Assembly: GCA_963789955.1 (NCBI GenBank)
Contig: CAWBMV010000034.1
Location: forward strand, 416,001 to 480,000
Direction: 5' to 3'
DNA: 64,000 nt
Origin: an uncultured Candidatus Rokubacteria bacterium
GTDB lineage: Bacteria > Methylomirabilota > Methylomirabilia > Rokubacteriales > CSP1-6
Positions within the stretch are counted from its first letter, which is position 1. Every line of letters starts with the position of its first letter. Shown here piece by piece: positions 30,749-40,593 of the stretch. A model generated the notes under the pieces. It was not told the DNA's origin, made no database searches, and worked only from the letters and a program-made list of their open reading frames with translations. A program made the position numbers and the translations under genes.

Positions 30749-31291
30749 CTACGCCGAAGGGAACGGGACGCCCAGCGCCTCCGGCGACAGCTTGAGGCCG
30801 TTGGCGAAGAACGAGACGGAGTGGTAGAAGCCGACCAGCGCGATCAGCTCGAGGATCTGCTCGACATTGAAGATCGCCGCGAGCGCGCCCCAGGTCTCGT
30901 CGGAGAGGCTCGCCGAGTCGTGGAGCTCGTCGACCATGCGGATCAGCAGCCGTTCCTCGTCGCTCCACGCGGGATCGTTCGAATCTCCGTGCACCGTCGC
31001 GCGGAGCTGTTCCTGCGTCAGCGCCACGCGCTGAGCGAAGAACGCGACGTGCACACCCCATTCGTAGGCGCAGCCGCAGCGCGCGCAGGTGCGGTCGATC
31101 ACGATCTCGCGGTGGCGGAGCGAGACCGGGCCGCGATCGAGCAGGCTGCCGGCTCGAAAGCGATCCCAGATGCGCGGAACGCGCGCCAATGTCGTGAAGA
31201 GCGTCAGCGGGGGCACGCCGGGCGGCATGATCGCGTCGAGCACTTTCTGAAGCTCGGGATATGGCGCCGGTACCGGCTCCACGCGGCTCAT
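30749..31291 (-). CDS. Carboxymuconolactone decarboxylase/AhpD-like protein
   Basis: 'REIVIDRTCARCGCAYEWGVH' and 'ELIALVGFY'. Confidence 0.85.
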   Translation of the reverse strand: MSRVEPVPAPYPELQKVLDAIMPPGVPPLTLFTTLARVPRIWDRFRAGSLLDRGPVSLRHREIVIDRTCARCGCAYEWGVHVAFFAQRVALTQEQLRATVHGDSNDPAWSDEERLLIRMVDELHDSASLSDETWGALAAIFNVEQILELIALVGFYHSVSFFANGLKLSPEALGVPFPSA

Positions 31292-31428
31292 CGCTTTGCC
31301 GCCTTCGCCGGCGCCGGCGTCAGCAGGGCGAGATCGATCGTCGTGCCCATGGCGACGTAGCCGAGGCGATTTGGATGCAGATGATCGCCGGCGCCGCCGA
31401 GCAGGCCGCTGTTGACCGGTGACGTCAC
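31288..31428 (-). pseudogene. C-terminal remnant (46 codons) of an SGNH/GDSL hydrolase
   Basis: 'GGAGDHLHPNRLGYVAMG' is the SGNH block V DxxH motif; the N-terminal blocks are absent. Confidence 0.55.
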
Positions 31429-31676
31429 TTCTTGCCCCACCGCCATCTCGGCGGCTCGCCCGTGAGGTAGCACACCGCGATGAGCAGCACGACCAGAAAG
31501 GCCGTGTAGATGACGAAGGAACCGGGCTGCTGCTTCGGCAGGAACACCAGCGCGCCGACGGCCAGCAACGCGAAGAAGGCCACCAGCACGAGCCAGCCTT
31601 GCCACGTCCGCGGCGGCCCCCATCCCCAGCCGTAGCGCTTCGCGGGGAACCAGTACTTCGATTCGAGGGCGCTCAC
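31425..31676 (-). CDS. Small conserved Trp-rich membrane protein
   Basis: 'YWFPAKRYGWGWGPP..WQGW', two TM segments and 'GEPPRWRWG'. Confidence 0.7.
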   Translation of the reverse strand: MSALESKYWFPAKRYGWGWGPPRTWQGWLVLVAFFALLAVGALVFLPKQQPGSFVIYTAFLVVLLIAVCYLTGEPPRWRWGKK

Positions 31677-32095
31677 TTCACGGTGACCGTGTACGTGGCC
31701 ACCCTGGACGGCGCGACGTCCTGCTCCCATGGACGCCGATACTCGAAACGCAGCTGCTGCTGGCCCGGCTTGAGCGGCGCGAGCTTCCAGATCTCCGTAC
31801 CCCCGGCGCCGGCGGCGCCTCCGGCACTCTGCGCTTCATAGCTCGACGGGCCGTCGACTCTGAGCACCGCGTCCTTCGGCTCGACGTAGATCCAGCGATA
31901 GCCCGTGGTCGGGTTGCTGGGGAGACGTACGACCAGATCCTGCCCCGACGCGAGCGCGACGCTCGTCCCCGACTGATCGGCGTTGACCGTCACGGGCTCG
32001 GGCGGCGGCTTCGGACTACCCTGGAACAGGGTGCACGCCGCGACGGTCACGACCACGGTCGCCAGGGCACCCGCCACCACGATTCGCTGAAGCAC
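31673..32095 (-). CDS. Protease inhibitor I42 (chagasin/ICP) family lipoprotein
   Basis: 'LPSNPTTGYRW', 'GAGG', 'YRRPWE' and lipobox 'VAAC'. Confidence 0.88.
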   Translation of the reverse strand: MLQRIVVAGALATVVVTVAACTLFQGSPKPPPEPVTVNADQSGTSVALASGQDLVVRLPSNPTTGYRWIYVEPKDAVLRVDGPSSYEAQSAGGAAGAGGTEIWKLAPLKPGQQQLRFEYRRPWEQDVAPSRVATYTVTVK

Positions 32096-32158
32096 GCTCG
32101 GCCTCCTCGTTCGTCAGAGTGTACGCCCGGCAAGGTGCCGGTCGATGTGCGGCGCGTT

Positions 32159-32885
32159 CTACCCACCGAGGTATGCGCGGCGCACGTGGTCGTCGTCGAG
32201 CAGATCGCGGGCGCGCCCTTCGAGCACGATGCGCCCGGTTTCCATCACGTACGCCCGGTCGGCCATGCCGGAGCGCGGCGTACGCGTTCTGCTCGACCAT
32301 GAGCACGGTCGTCCCGCGGCGCCGGATGTCGGCGATGATCGCGAAGGTCATCTCCACGACCGTCGGCGCCAGGCCCAGCGACGGCTCGTCGAACATGATG
32401 AGCCGCGGGCGCGCCATCAGCGCGCGGGCGATCGCGAGCATCTGCTGCTCGCCACCCGACAGGGTGCCGGCCATCTGTCGGCGGCGCTCGACCAGGATCG
32501 GGAAGTGGCGGCCGACCTCGTCGAAGTCGGCGGCCACCGCGCTCCGATCGGTCCGGACGTACGCGCCCATCGCGAGATTCTCCTCGACGGTCATGTAGGG
32601 AAAGACCCGCCGACCTTCGGGGCAGTGCGCGATGCCGATCTTGAGCACGGCGGCCGGCGACTGGCCGTGGATCTCGCGGCCGTCGAACACGATGCGCCCC
32701 TGCGACGGCGAGACCAGACCCGAGATCGTGCGCAAGGTCGAGCTCTTCCCGGCGCCGTTGGCGCCGATCAGGCAGACGAGCTCGCCCGGCGCGATCGTGA
32801 GGTCGAGCCCCCGCAGCGCCGCGATCGGTCCGTAGCCGGCGTGGACGTTCTCGAGGCGGAGGAGCGCCGGCGATTCAGGCGGAGG
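32159..32885 (-). CDS. ABC transporter ATP-binding protein (LivF-like); frameshift near 32270; start approximate
   Basis: 'LIGANGAGKSS', 'PEGRRVF', 'LSGGEQQMLAIARA', 'DEPSLGLAP' and 'VRRAYLGG'. Confidence 0.85.
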
Positions 32886-33639
32886 CAGCGGAGCCTCCGA
32901 GGTACGCGCGGATCACTTCGGGATGGGCCTGGATCGCCGCCGGCGCGCCCTCGGCGATCACGCGCCCGCCGTTCAGAACGATCACGGTATCCGAGATGCC
33001 CATCACCATGCGCATGTCGTGCTCGACCAGCAGGACGGTCACGCCCTGCTCGCGAACCCGGCGGATCAGACCGCTGACGACGAGCTTCTCGGAGCCGGTC
33101 ATGCCGGCGCCCGGCTCGTCGAGCAGGAGCAGCCGCGGCCGCGCCGCGAGGGCGACGCCCAGCTCGACCAGCCGCTGCTCGCCGTAGGGCAGCGCGCTGG
33201 CGAGCTCGCGGCGACGATGGGCGAGGCCGACGAACTCGATGATGTCCGCGGCCTCGGCGGTGAGCGCCCGCTCCTCGGCGGCGAGCCGGCGGCGACCGGC
33301 AAGGACGGCGAGGAAGCCCGCGGTGCCACGCAGGTGAAGCCCGGTCAGCACGTTGTCCTCGACGCTCAGCGCCGGAAAGACGCTCGTCTTCTGGAACGTG
33401 CGGACGATCCCGCGCCGCGCGATCGACGAGGGGCGGAGCCCGGTCAGCCCGACGCCGTCGTACGTGATGCGCCCGCCGGTCGGCCGAAGGTAGCCGGTGA
33501 TCGCGTTGAACGCGGTCGTCTTGCCGGCGCCGTTCGGGCCGATGACGCTCGTGATCGAGCCGGGTCGAACCTCGAACGAGACGCGTTCGAGCGCGGTCAC
33601 GCCGCCGAACCTCACGGCGAGATCCTGGACGGCGAGCAT
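32875..33639 (-). CDS. ABC transporter ATP-binding protein (LivG-like)
   Basis: 'GPNGAGKTT', 'LPYGEQR', 'LLDEPGAG' and 'VEHDM'. Confidence 0.9.
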   Translation of the reverse strand: MLAVQDLAVRFGGVTALERVSFEVRPGSITSVIGPNGAGKTTAFNAITGYLRPTGGRITYDGVGLTGLRPSSIARRGIVRTFQKTSVFPALSVEDNVLTGLHLRGTAGFLAVLAGRRRLAAEERALTAEAADIIEFVGLAHRRRELASALPYGEQRLVELGVALAARPRLLLLDEPGAGMTGSEKLVVSGLIRRVREQGVTVLLVEHDMRMVMGISDTVIVLNGGRVIAEGAPAAIQAHPEVIRAYLGGSAASA

Positions 33640-34571
33640 TACCGTCGGCCTGGAAACGCCGCGACGAGCCGCGGCACGATGCCGCGAGGCAGGAAGAACA
33701 CGAGCAGCACCAGGAGCAGGCCGTACGCGAGCATCTGCCATTGCCACGACGCGGCGGCGCGCAGCGCTTCCGGGAGCACGGTGAAGAGCACCGCGCCGAC
33801 GAGCGGGCCCGCGAGCGTGCCCTTGCCGCCGGCGACGACCATGATGACCATCGTCACCGTGTAGGTGAACAGGAACACCTCCGGGCTCACGAACCGCGTG
33901 TAGTGGGCGTAGAGGCTTCCGCCCAGTCCCGCCATCGCCGCGCTGACCACCGTGGCCAGGACGAGATAGTGGGTCACGTCGACGCCGACCGACTCGGCCA
34001 GCGGCTCGTTCTCCCGGAGCGCCACGAGGGCCCGGCCGATTCGCGACCGGACGAGCCGCCGGCACACGACGTACGAGAGCGCGACCGCCGCGAGGACCAG
34101 ATAGTAGTAGGCGGTCTTCGTGCGGAGCGACCACGGTCCAAGCTCGGGCGCCGGCACGCCCGGAAGCCCGAGGGGGCCGTTCGTCAGCTCGATCCAGTTG
34201 ACGCTGACGAGCGAGACGACACCCGCGAAGCTGATCGTGACCAGCACGAAATAGGCGCCGCGCAGCTTCAGCGCGAGACGACCGATGAAAAGGCCGGCCG
34301 CCCCGGCGAGCGCGACGGCGGCCGCGAGCGCCGGCCAGAACGACCAGTCGAGCCTGAGCGTGAGCAGCGCCGACGTGTAGGCGCCGATGCCGAAGAACGC
34401 GGCGTGGCCGAGCGAGAGCTGGCCCGTGTAGCCGAGCAAGAGGTTGAGCGACATCGCGAGCACGCCGAAGATGCCGGCCATGATGGCGACGTGCACGTGA
34501 TAGGGGCTCTGGAGCCAGAGCGGCAGGGTGAGCGCGCCCACCGCCAGGAAGAAGCCGCCGGCCCGCGTCAT
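33639..34571 (-). CDS. Branched-chain amino acid ABC permease (LivM-like)
   Basis: 'GYTGQLSLGHAAFFGIGAY', 'LRGAYF' and 'LRENE..AESVGV'. Confidence 0.9.
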   Translation of the reverse strand: MTRAGGFFLAVGALTLPLWLQSPYHVHVAIMAGIFGVLAMSLNLLLGYTGQLSLGHAAFFGIGAYTSALLTLRLDWSFWPALAAAVALAGAAGLFIGRLALKLRGAYFVLVTISFAGVVSLVSVNWIELTNGPLGLPGVPAPELGPWSLRTKTAYYYLVLAAVALSYVVCRRLVRSRIGRALVALRENEPLAESVGVDVTHYLVLATVVSAAMAGLGGSLYAHYTRFVSPEVFLFTYTVTMVIMVVAGGKGTLAGPLVGAVLFTVLPEALRAAASWQWQMLAYGLLLVLLVFFLPRGIVPRLVAAFPGRR

Positions 34572-35442
34572 GCGATGCGTTCTTGGCGCGCGAAGAGCCC
34601 GGACGGGCGGAACAGCAGCACGAGGATGATGATGACGAAGCCGACCGCGTCGCGGTAGCCGGACGAGATGTACCCGGCGCCGAGCTCCTCGGCGATGCCG
34701 AGCAGCAGTCCGCCGAGGGTCGCGCCCGGCAGGTTGCCGAGCCCGCCGAGGATCACGACCGAGAACGCCTTCAGCGAGGCGAGATCGCCCATCGAGGGGT
34801 AGACCAGAAAGATCGGCCCGAGCAGCGCGCCCGCCGCCGCCGCGAGCCCCGACCCGAAGGCGAACGTCGCGGCGTGAATGCGACCGATGCCGACGCCCAT
34901 GAGCGCGGCGGTGTCGCGGTCCTGGAACGTGGCGCGCATGGCGCGACCGAGCTTCGTCTTCTGGATCGTGAGCCATGAGGCGGCGATGAGGCCCGCGGCC
35001 AGGACGAGCACGAAGAGGCGCACGGGCGCGATCGCGACCGGACCGAACACGAGCGGTGCCGTCGGAAACGGATGCGGGATCGACTTGGCGACGCCGCCCC
35101 AGCCGAGCAGCTCGGCATTCTGCATCGCGATCCAGACGCCGATCATCACCAGCATCGTCGTGTCGATCGATTCGTTGCGGAGCGGGCGCAGGAGCGTGAC
35201 CTCGCAGAGCCAGCCGAGCGCCGCGCCGGCCGACGATCGCCACCAGCAGCGCGGCGAAGAAATCGATCGCCGGCGAGCGCCAGCGCGGCGAACGAGACGT
35301 ACGCGCCCAGAGTGTAGAACTCGCCGTGGGCGAAGTTCACGACGTTCATGAGCCCGAAGATCAAGGTGAGGCCGATGCCCAGCAAGGCGTACGTGCCGCC
35401 GAGCACCAGGCCGTTCAGCAGGTGCTGAAGAAGCTCAGCCAT
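34568..35442 (-). CDS. Branched-chain amino acid ABC permease (LivH-like); frameshifts near 35230-35270
   Basis: 'GLTLIFGLMNVVNFAHGE', 'KAFSVVILGGLG' and 'FRPSGLF'. Confidence 0.88.
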
Positions 35443-35470
35443 CCGGGCCGCGCGCTACGTGTTCGCCGCG

Positions 35471-36643
35471 CTACTTCTTCGCGAGAAAGTCCGGCAGCGC
35501 CACCTTGCCGTCGCGAATCTGGACGACGAAGATGCTCGGCTTGCTCTGACCGCTCTCCTTGCCGGCGGGCCCGTCCTTCTCGAACTTGATCGGACCGTTC
35601 ACGCCCATGAGGCTCACCTTCCAGAGCGCCTCGCGCACGGCCTTGGGATCGTCCTTGCCGGCGACCCGGATCGCTTCGGCGATCGTGGCGATGCCGTCGT
35701 GCCCGCGGAATCCCTCGGTGAGCCCCTCGAACGGATGGCCGCGCTTGGCCCACTCGTCGACGAACGCCTTGGCGAGCTTGCCGTCCGGCATCGCCTCGGG
35801 GAACCACGGCATGAAGAACACGATGTGATAGCTGCCCTCGGCGGCGGCGCCCGCCTGCTTGATGAGCTGGGTCGGCGACGAGCTGCCGCCGGTCGTGACG
35901 ACCTTGCGCGTGAGCCGCTGCTCCTGCGCCTGCTTCATCACGAGCGTGATCTGCTCGACGGCCGTCGTCAGGAAGAGCGTGTCGCCGCCGGTCGCCTTGA
36001 TCTTGGTGAGCTGGGCGTTCATGTCGGTCGCGGACTGCTCCATGTACTCCGCCACGCCGACCGCGGCGCCCTTCTTCTTCAGCATGTCGCCGAAGGCGGT
36101 GATCGAGCCGCGACCCCAGTCGGTGTTGACGGCCAGGAAGTCGACGCGCTTGACGCCGAGCTTGTCGACGTACTGCTCGAGGCCGAGCGCCTCCATCTCG
36201 GAGGGCGGGCTGATGCGGAAGATCCACGGGTTGCCGCGCTTGGTGATCGATGCGGCGCTCGAGGTCTCGACCACCATCGGCACGCCGTACTCCTCGAGCT
36301 TCGGCATCGCCGCCAGGGTCATCGAGCTGCCCCAGGCGCCCATGATGGCCGGGACCTTGTCGCGCACGATCAGCTTCTCGGCGGCGCTGGCCGCCTCTTT
36401 CGGGTCGGACTTGTTGTCCTCGATGAGCAGCTCGACCTTCCGGCCACCGATCCCGCCCTTCGCGTTCAGCCAGTCGCGCGCGATCTCGGCGCCCATCCGG
36501 ACGTAGTTGCCGGACGCCGCCACGGGGCCGGAGAGCGGCTCGATGACGCCGATCTTGATCGGCGACTGCGATTCGCCGGGGACCGCCAGCGCGGCGAGCG
36601 CGACCAGGACGAGAGCGAGCAGCACGATCGAACGGTTGCCCAT
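35471..36643 (-). CDS. ABC transporter substrate-binding protein (LivK-like)
   Basis: Sec signal peptide, 'IKIGVIEPLSG', 'GGIGGRKVELLIEDN' and 'NTDWGR'. Confidence 0.92.
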   Translation of the reverse strand: MGNRSIVLLALVLVALAALAVPGESQSPIKIGVIEPLSGPVAASGNYVRMGAEIARDWLNAKGGIGGRKVELLIEDNKSDPKEAASAAEKLIVRDKVPAIMGAWGSSMTLAAMPKLEEYGVPMVVETSSAASITKRGNPWIFRISPPSEMEALGLEQYVDKLGVKRVDFLAVNTDWGRGSITAFGDMLKKKGAAVGVAEYMEQSATDMNAQLTKIKATGGDTLFLTTAVEQITLVMKQAQEQRLTRKVVTTGGSSSPTQLIKQAGAAAEGSYHIVFFMPWFPEAMPDGKLAKAFVDEWAKRGHPFEGLTEGFRGHDGIATIAEAIRVAGKDDPKAVREALWKVSLMGVNGPIKFEKDGPAGKESGQSKPSIFVVQIRDGKVALPDFLAKK

Positions 36644-36722
36644 CGAAGGCCTCCTGCGGGATCAGGGATGTGGCAGCGAGAATAGCGCACGATTCCAGCC
36701 GCGGGAAGCGGTCCTATCGGGG

Positions 36723-37322
36723 TCAGCGGACGACGGCGTTGGAGCGGGGTCGGCCCGTCGCAGAGGGCAGCTTGCACATCATGCTGTACTTCGACAACGG
36801 TGTCTCATCCCAGTTGAATCTCTTGTTCAGGTCATCGATCGTCAGCTCGATGTTCGGTCCTTTTGCCGGATCATGAATCGTCACGGTGTTGGCGCTCGTC
36901 TTCGCTCCGACCAGGACGAGGATATGTCCACCAACGCACTGCCCGTCGGCGCCATACAGCTTGGTCCGCATGTAGCATGGCCCGCAGTCTCGGAGGAGCT
37001 CCGCCAACTTCCCGCACGACCACGTCTTGTTCTCCGGGAGCAGAACGAGGGTCAGTCTCTCGTTCGCGACGAGCGCCGGATAGTTCGCACCCATCCCGAG
37101 CGGCTGAACGTTGCCCCTGAAGTCGACCTGAAGAGGCCTGCCGTCAGGCCGCACATACTGCGCCGGCACTCCGAGCCGGGGGCCGGCTTCGCGGAAGTAC
37201 CCGAGCATCGACACGGCCGCGTACCAGCAGCCCATGTTCTCAGTACGACCGAGGCCGATGCCCACGTGGCCCCCAATGTTGACCTGGGTGACGTACGGCA
37301 CGCTGAGGCGGATGTCAGCCGT
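36723..37322 (-). CDS. Papain-like cysteine protease, AvrRpt2/peptidase C70-like; probable start is ACG at 37322 (GTG at 37301 is the alternative)
   Basis: 'VPYVTQ', 'MGCWYA', 'EAGPRLGVP', 'GHILVLVG' and 'IHDPAKGP' give a Cys-His-Asp triad. AGGAGG SD at 37333-37328. Confidence 0.8.
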   Translation of the reverse strand, partial: TADIRLSVPYVTQVNIGGHVGIGLGRTENMGCWYAAVSMLGYFREAGPRLGVPAQYVRPDGRPLQVDFRGNVQPLGMGANYPALVANERLTLVLLPENKTWSCGKLAELLRDCGPCYMRTKLYGADGQCVGGHILVLVGAKTSANTVTIHDPAKGPNIELTIDDLNKRFNWDETPLSKYSMMCKLPSATGRPRSNAVVR

Positions 37323-37411
37323 GGAGACCTCCTCGTCGCTGCGGCCCGAGCTGTGACACTACCACGCTTCCGGCCGCGAGAAGCGGGTGTATAGTCGCGG
37401 GCTGGACGAGC

Positions 37412-39769
37412 ATGGGCGCGAAATACTTCGGCGCGGCGGTGAAGCGGCGCGAAGATCCGCGTTTCCTCCGCGGCGAGGGGCGGTTCGTCGACGACGTGAT
37501 CGTCCCGGGCATGCTCCACGCGGCGTTTCTCCGCTCGCCCCACGCGCACGCGCGCATCGTCAGGATCGACACGGCCGCCGCCGCGGCGTGCTCCGGGCGT
37601 CGTGCGCGTGTTCACGTTCACGGACCTCGAGCGCTGGATGAAGCCGCTGCCGCTCTTCGGCGCCGTGCCCCCCGGCCTCGCGGCCGTCGTCAAGTTCGAC
37701 ATCCGCCAGGCGCCCCAGTGGGCGCTCTGCCGCGACCGCGCGCGCCACGTCGGCGAGATCGTCGCGATGGTGGTGGCCGACAGCCCGGAGCGCGCCGAGG
37801 ACGCGGTCGAGCTGATCGAGGTCGAATGGGAGCTGCTGCCGCCGGTCGTCGACATGACCCGCGCCGCGCGAGCCCGGCGCGCCGCTCCTGCACCCGGAGT
37901 GGGGCAGCAACGTCGGCGGTCGGCTTCACGCATCGCATCGGCGACGCCGACGGCGCGTTCGCGCGGGCGCGACGTCACCGTCACGCGAGACCTTCCACAT
38001 CCAGCGCTACGTCGGCATGCCGCTCGAGAACCGCGGCGTGGTCGCGGTGTGGGACCGTCGCGACGGGACGATGACGACCTGGAACGCACGCAGGTCTCGC
38101 ACTTCGTGCAGCAGGGGCTCACCGGCGCGCTCGGGCTGCCGCCGCACAAGATCCGCGTCATCGCCCCGGACCTGGGCGGCGGCTTCGGCACGAAGGCCTC
38201 GGGCTACGCCGAGGACGCGCTGATCCCGATCGCGGCGGTCGCGCTCGGCCGGCCCGTGAAGTGGATCGAGAGCCGGCGCGAGCACATGATCCGGCGCCGC
38301 GCACGCGCGCCATCAGGTCGCACGCGATCTCGCCTCGCCGCCACGCGCGACGGCACGATCCTCGGCGTGCGCGACCGGATCTGGCTCGACCTCGGCGCCT
38401 ACAACGTCTGGGGCGTGGTGCTGCCCGTACAACACGGTCGCGCACCTGATCGGGCCCGCACCGGATCAAGCACATGCGGGTCGACGTGCAGGCGGTCGTG
38501 ACGAACAAGACGCCGAACGCGCCGTATCGCGGCGCGGGCCGCCCCGAGACGGTGTTCGCGATGGATCGCATCGTCGATTGTCTCGCGCGCGAGCTACGGA
38601 TGGACCCGGCGGAGCTTCGGCGGCGCAACTACATCCGGCCCGACGAGCTGCCCGTACGACTTCGGCATGCCCTATCGCGACGGCAATCCGCTCGTGTACG
38701 ACACCGGCGATTTTCCCGAGGCGCTCGAGAAGGCGCTGGAGGCCGCGGGCTACCGGACGTTCCGGGCCGAGCAGCCGCGCTGGCGGGCGCGCGGGATCCA
38801 CCGCGGCATCGGCATCTCCGGCTACGTCGAGGGCACCGCGATCGGCCCGTTCGAGGGCGCGACGGTCAAGCTCGATCTGGCCGGCCGCGTGCTCGTGGCG
38901 ACGGGCGCGATCAACTCGGGCCAGGGCCACGAGACCAGCTTCGCCCAGGTCGCCGCCGACGCCCTCGGCGTTCCGATCGACTGGGTGACCGTGATCGGCG
39001 GCGACACCGCGGCGGTGCCGTTCGGCGTCGGGACCTTCGCGAGCCGCAGCGCGGTCACGGCCGGCAGCTCGATCGTCGACGCGTGTCGCGAGGTGCGGAC
39101 GAAGCTGGTCGCGCGCCGCGGCGGCGCTGCTCGAGGCGGCGCCGGACGACATCGAGATCGAGGACGGCCAGGTCTTCGTCAAGGGCGCGCCGGCCTCGGC
39201 GGTCGACTCTGGCGCGGGTCATCCAGGCGTCGATCCCGACCTTCGCGAAGCCCGGCGTGGCGCCACCGGACTTCGAGGCGACGCGCCTATCACCACGTGC
39301 CGACCGTGACCTATGCCAGCGCCGTCCACGTGGCCCAGGTCGAGGTCGACGTCGCGACCGGCCGGGTGACGCTGCTCAGGTACGTCGTCGCCCACGACTG
39401 CGGTCGAGGTCATCAATCCGATCATCGTCGAGGGGCAGGTGCACGGCGGCGTCGCGCAGGGTGTCGGCGGCGCGCTCTTCGAGGAGATGGTCTACGACGA
39501 GACGGGCCAGCTCCTGACGGGCTCGCTGATGGACTACGTGGTGCCCAAGGCGGACGATCTGCCGCTGATCGAGACGCGTGCACCTCGAGTTCCCGTCGCC
39601 GCGCAACCCGCTCGGCGTCAAGGGCCTCGGCGAGGGCGGCGCCATCTCGCCGCCGGCGGCCATCGCCAATGCGATCGAGGACGCGCTGGCTCCGTTCGGC
39701 GTGCGCGTCACCGAGACGCCGGTCACGCCGGCGCGCATCGTGGCGCTGCTCGAACGCGCGCGTTCTTGA
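37412..39769 (+). CDS. Xanthine dehydrogenase/CoxL-like molybdopterin-binding large subunit; many frameshifts
   Basis: '[17 protein letters not shown]', 'LGGGFGTK', 'PYRGAGRPE', 'GQGHET', 'GTFASRS' and 'GVKGLGEGG'. Confidence 0.88.
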
Positions 39770-39786
39770 TATAGTCCGGATCGACT

Positions 39787-40586
39787 ATGGCGACCAATGT
39801 GACTCAGACCGGCTGGGTGACCGTGCATGGTGTTCGGCTGGAGGTCGTCGAGCGTGGTCAGGGGCGGCCGATCCTGTGGCTCCACGGCGAGGACGGCCTC
39901 GACCCGGGCGCGCAGTTTCTCGACCTGCTCGGCGCGCACGGCAGCGTGCTCGCGCCCTCGCATCCCGGTTTCGGCCACTCGCCCGACGTGGCGAGCATCG
40001 ACACCGTCGACGATCTCTCCTATCTGTATCTCGACCTGCTCGCCGACCGGAACCTCCGCGACGTCACCGTGGTCGGCTCCTCGCTCGGCGGCTGGATCGC
40101 GGCGGAGATGGCGGTGAAGTGCAGCGACCGCTTCAGCGGGCTCGTCCTCGTCGCGCCGCTCGGCATCAAGGTGGGTGATCGGGAAACGCGTGACATCCCC
40201 GACATCTTCGCGCTCCCGCCGGACGAGGTCGCGCGTCTGCAGTACCGCGATCCGGCCAAGGTGGCCGTCGACCACGGCCGCTCTCGGACGACCAGCTCAC
40301 GGTGATCGCGCGCAATCGCGAGGCGACGGCGCTCTACGCCTGGGAGCCGTACTTCCACAACCCGAAGCTCCGCCAGTGGCTGCACCGGATCAAGCTGCCG
40401 ACCTTGCTCCTGTGGGGCGCGGACGATCGGTTCGTCACCGCGGCGTACTACGGCGACGCGTTCCGCACGGCCATCCCGGGCTCGCGCTTCGAGACGATCG
40501 CCGGAGCCGGCCACTTCCCCCACATCGAGGCGCCGGCGGCGCTCGTCGAGCGCGTCAGCGGATTCATCGGCGAGCGAAAGGCGTAG
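39787..40586 (+). CDS. Alpha/beta fold hydrolase; frameshift near 40275
   Basis: 'LHGEDG', 'PGFGHS', nucleophile 'GSSLGG' and 'AGHFPH'. Confidence 0.88.
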
Positions 40587-40593
40587 ATCGGCC

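Noticed and set aside
38500..38560. Aerobic CO dehydrogenase (form I CoxL)
   Set aside because: The loop is PYRGAGR, not the form I AYxCSFR signature, and coxM/coxS are absent.
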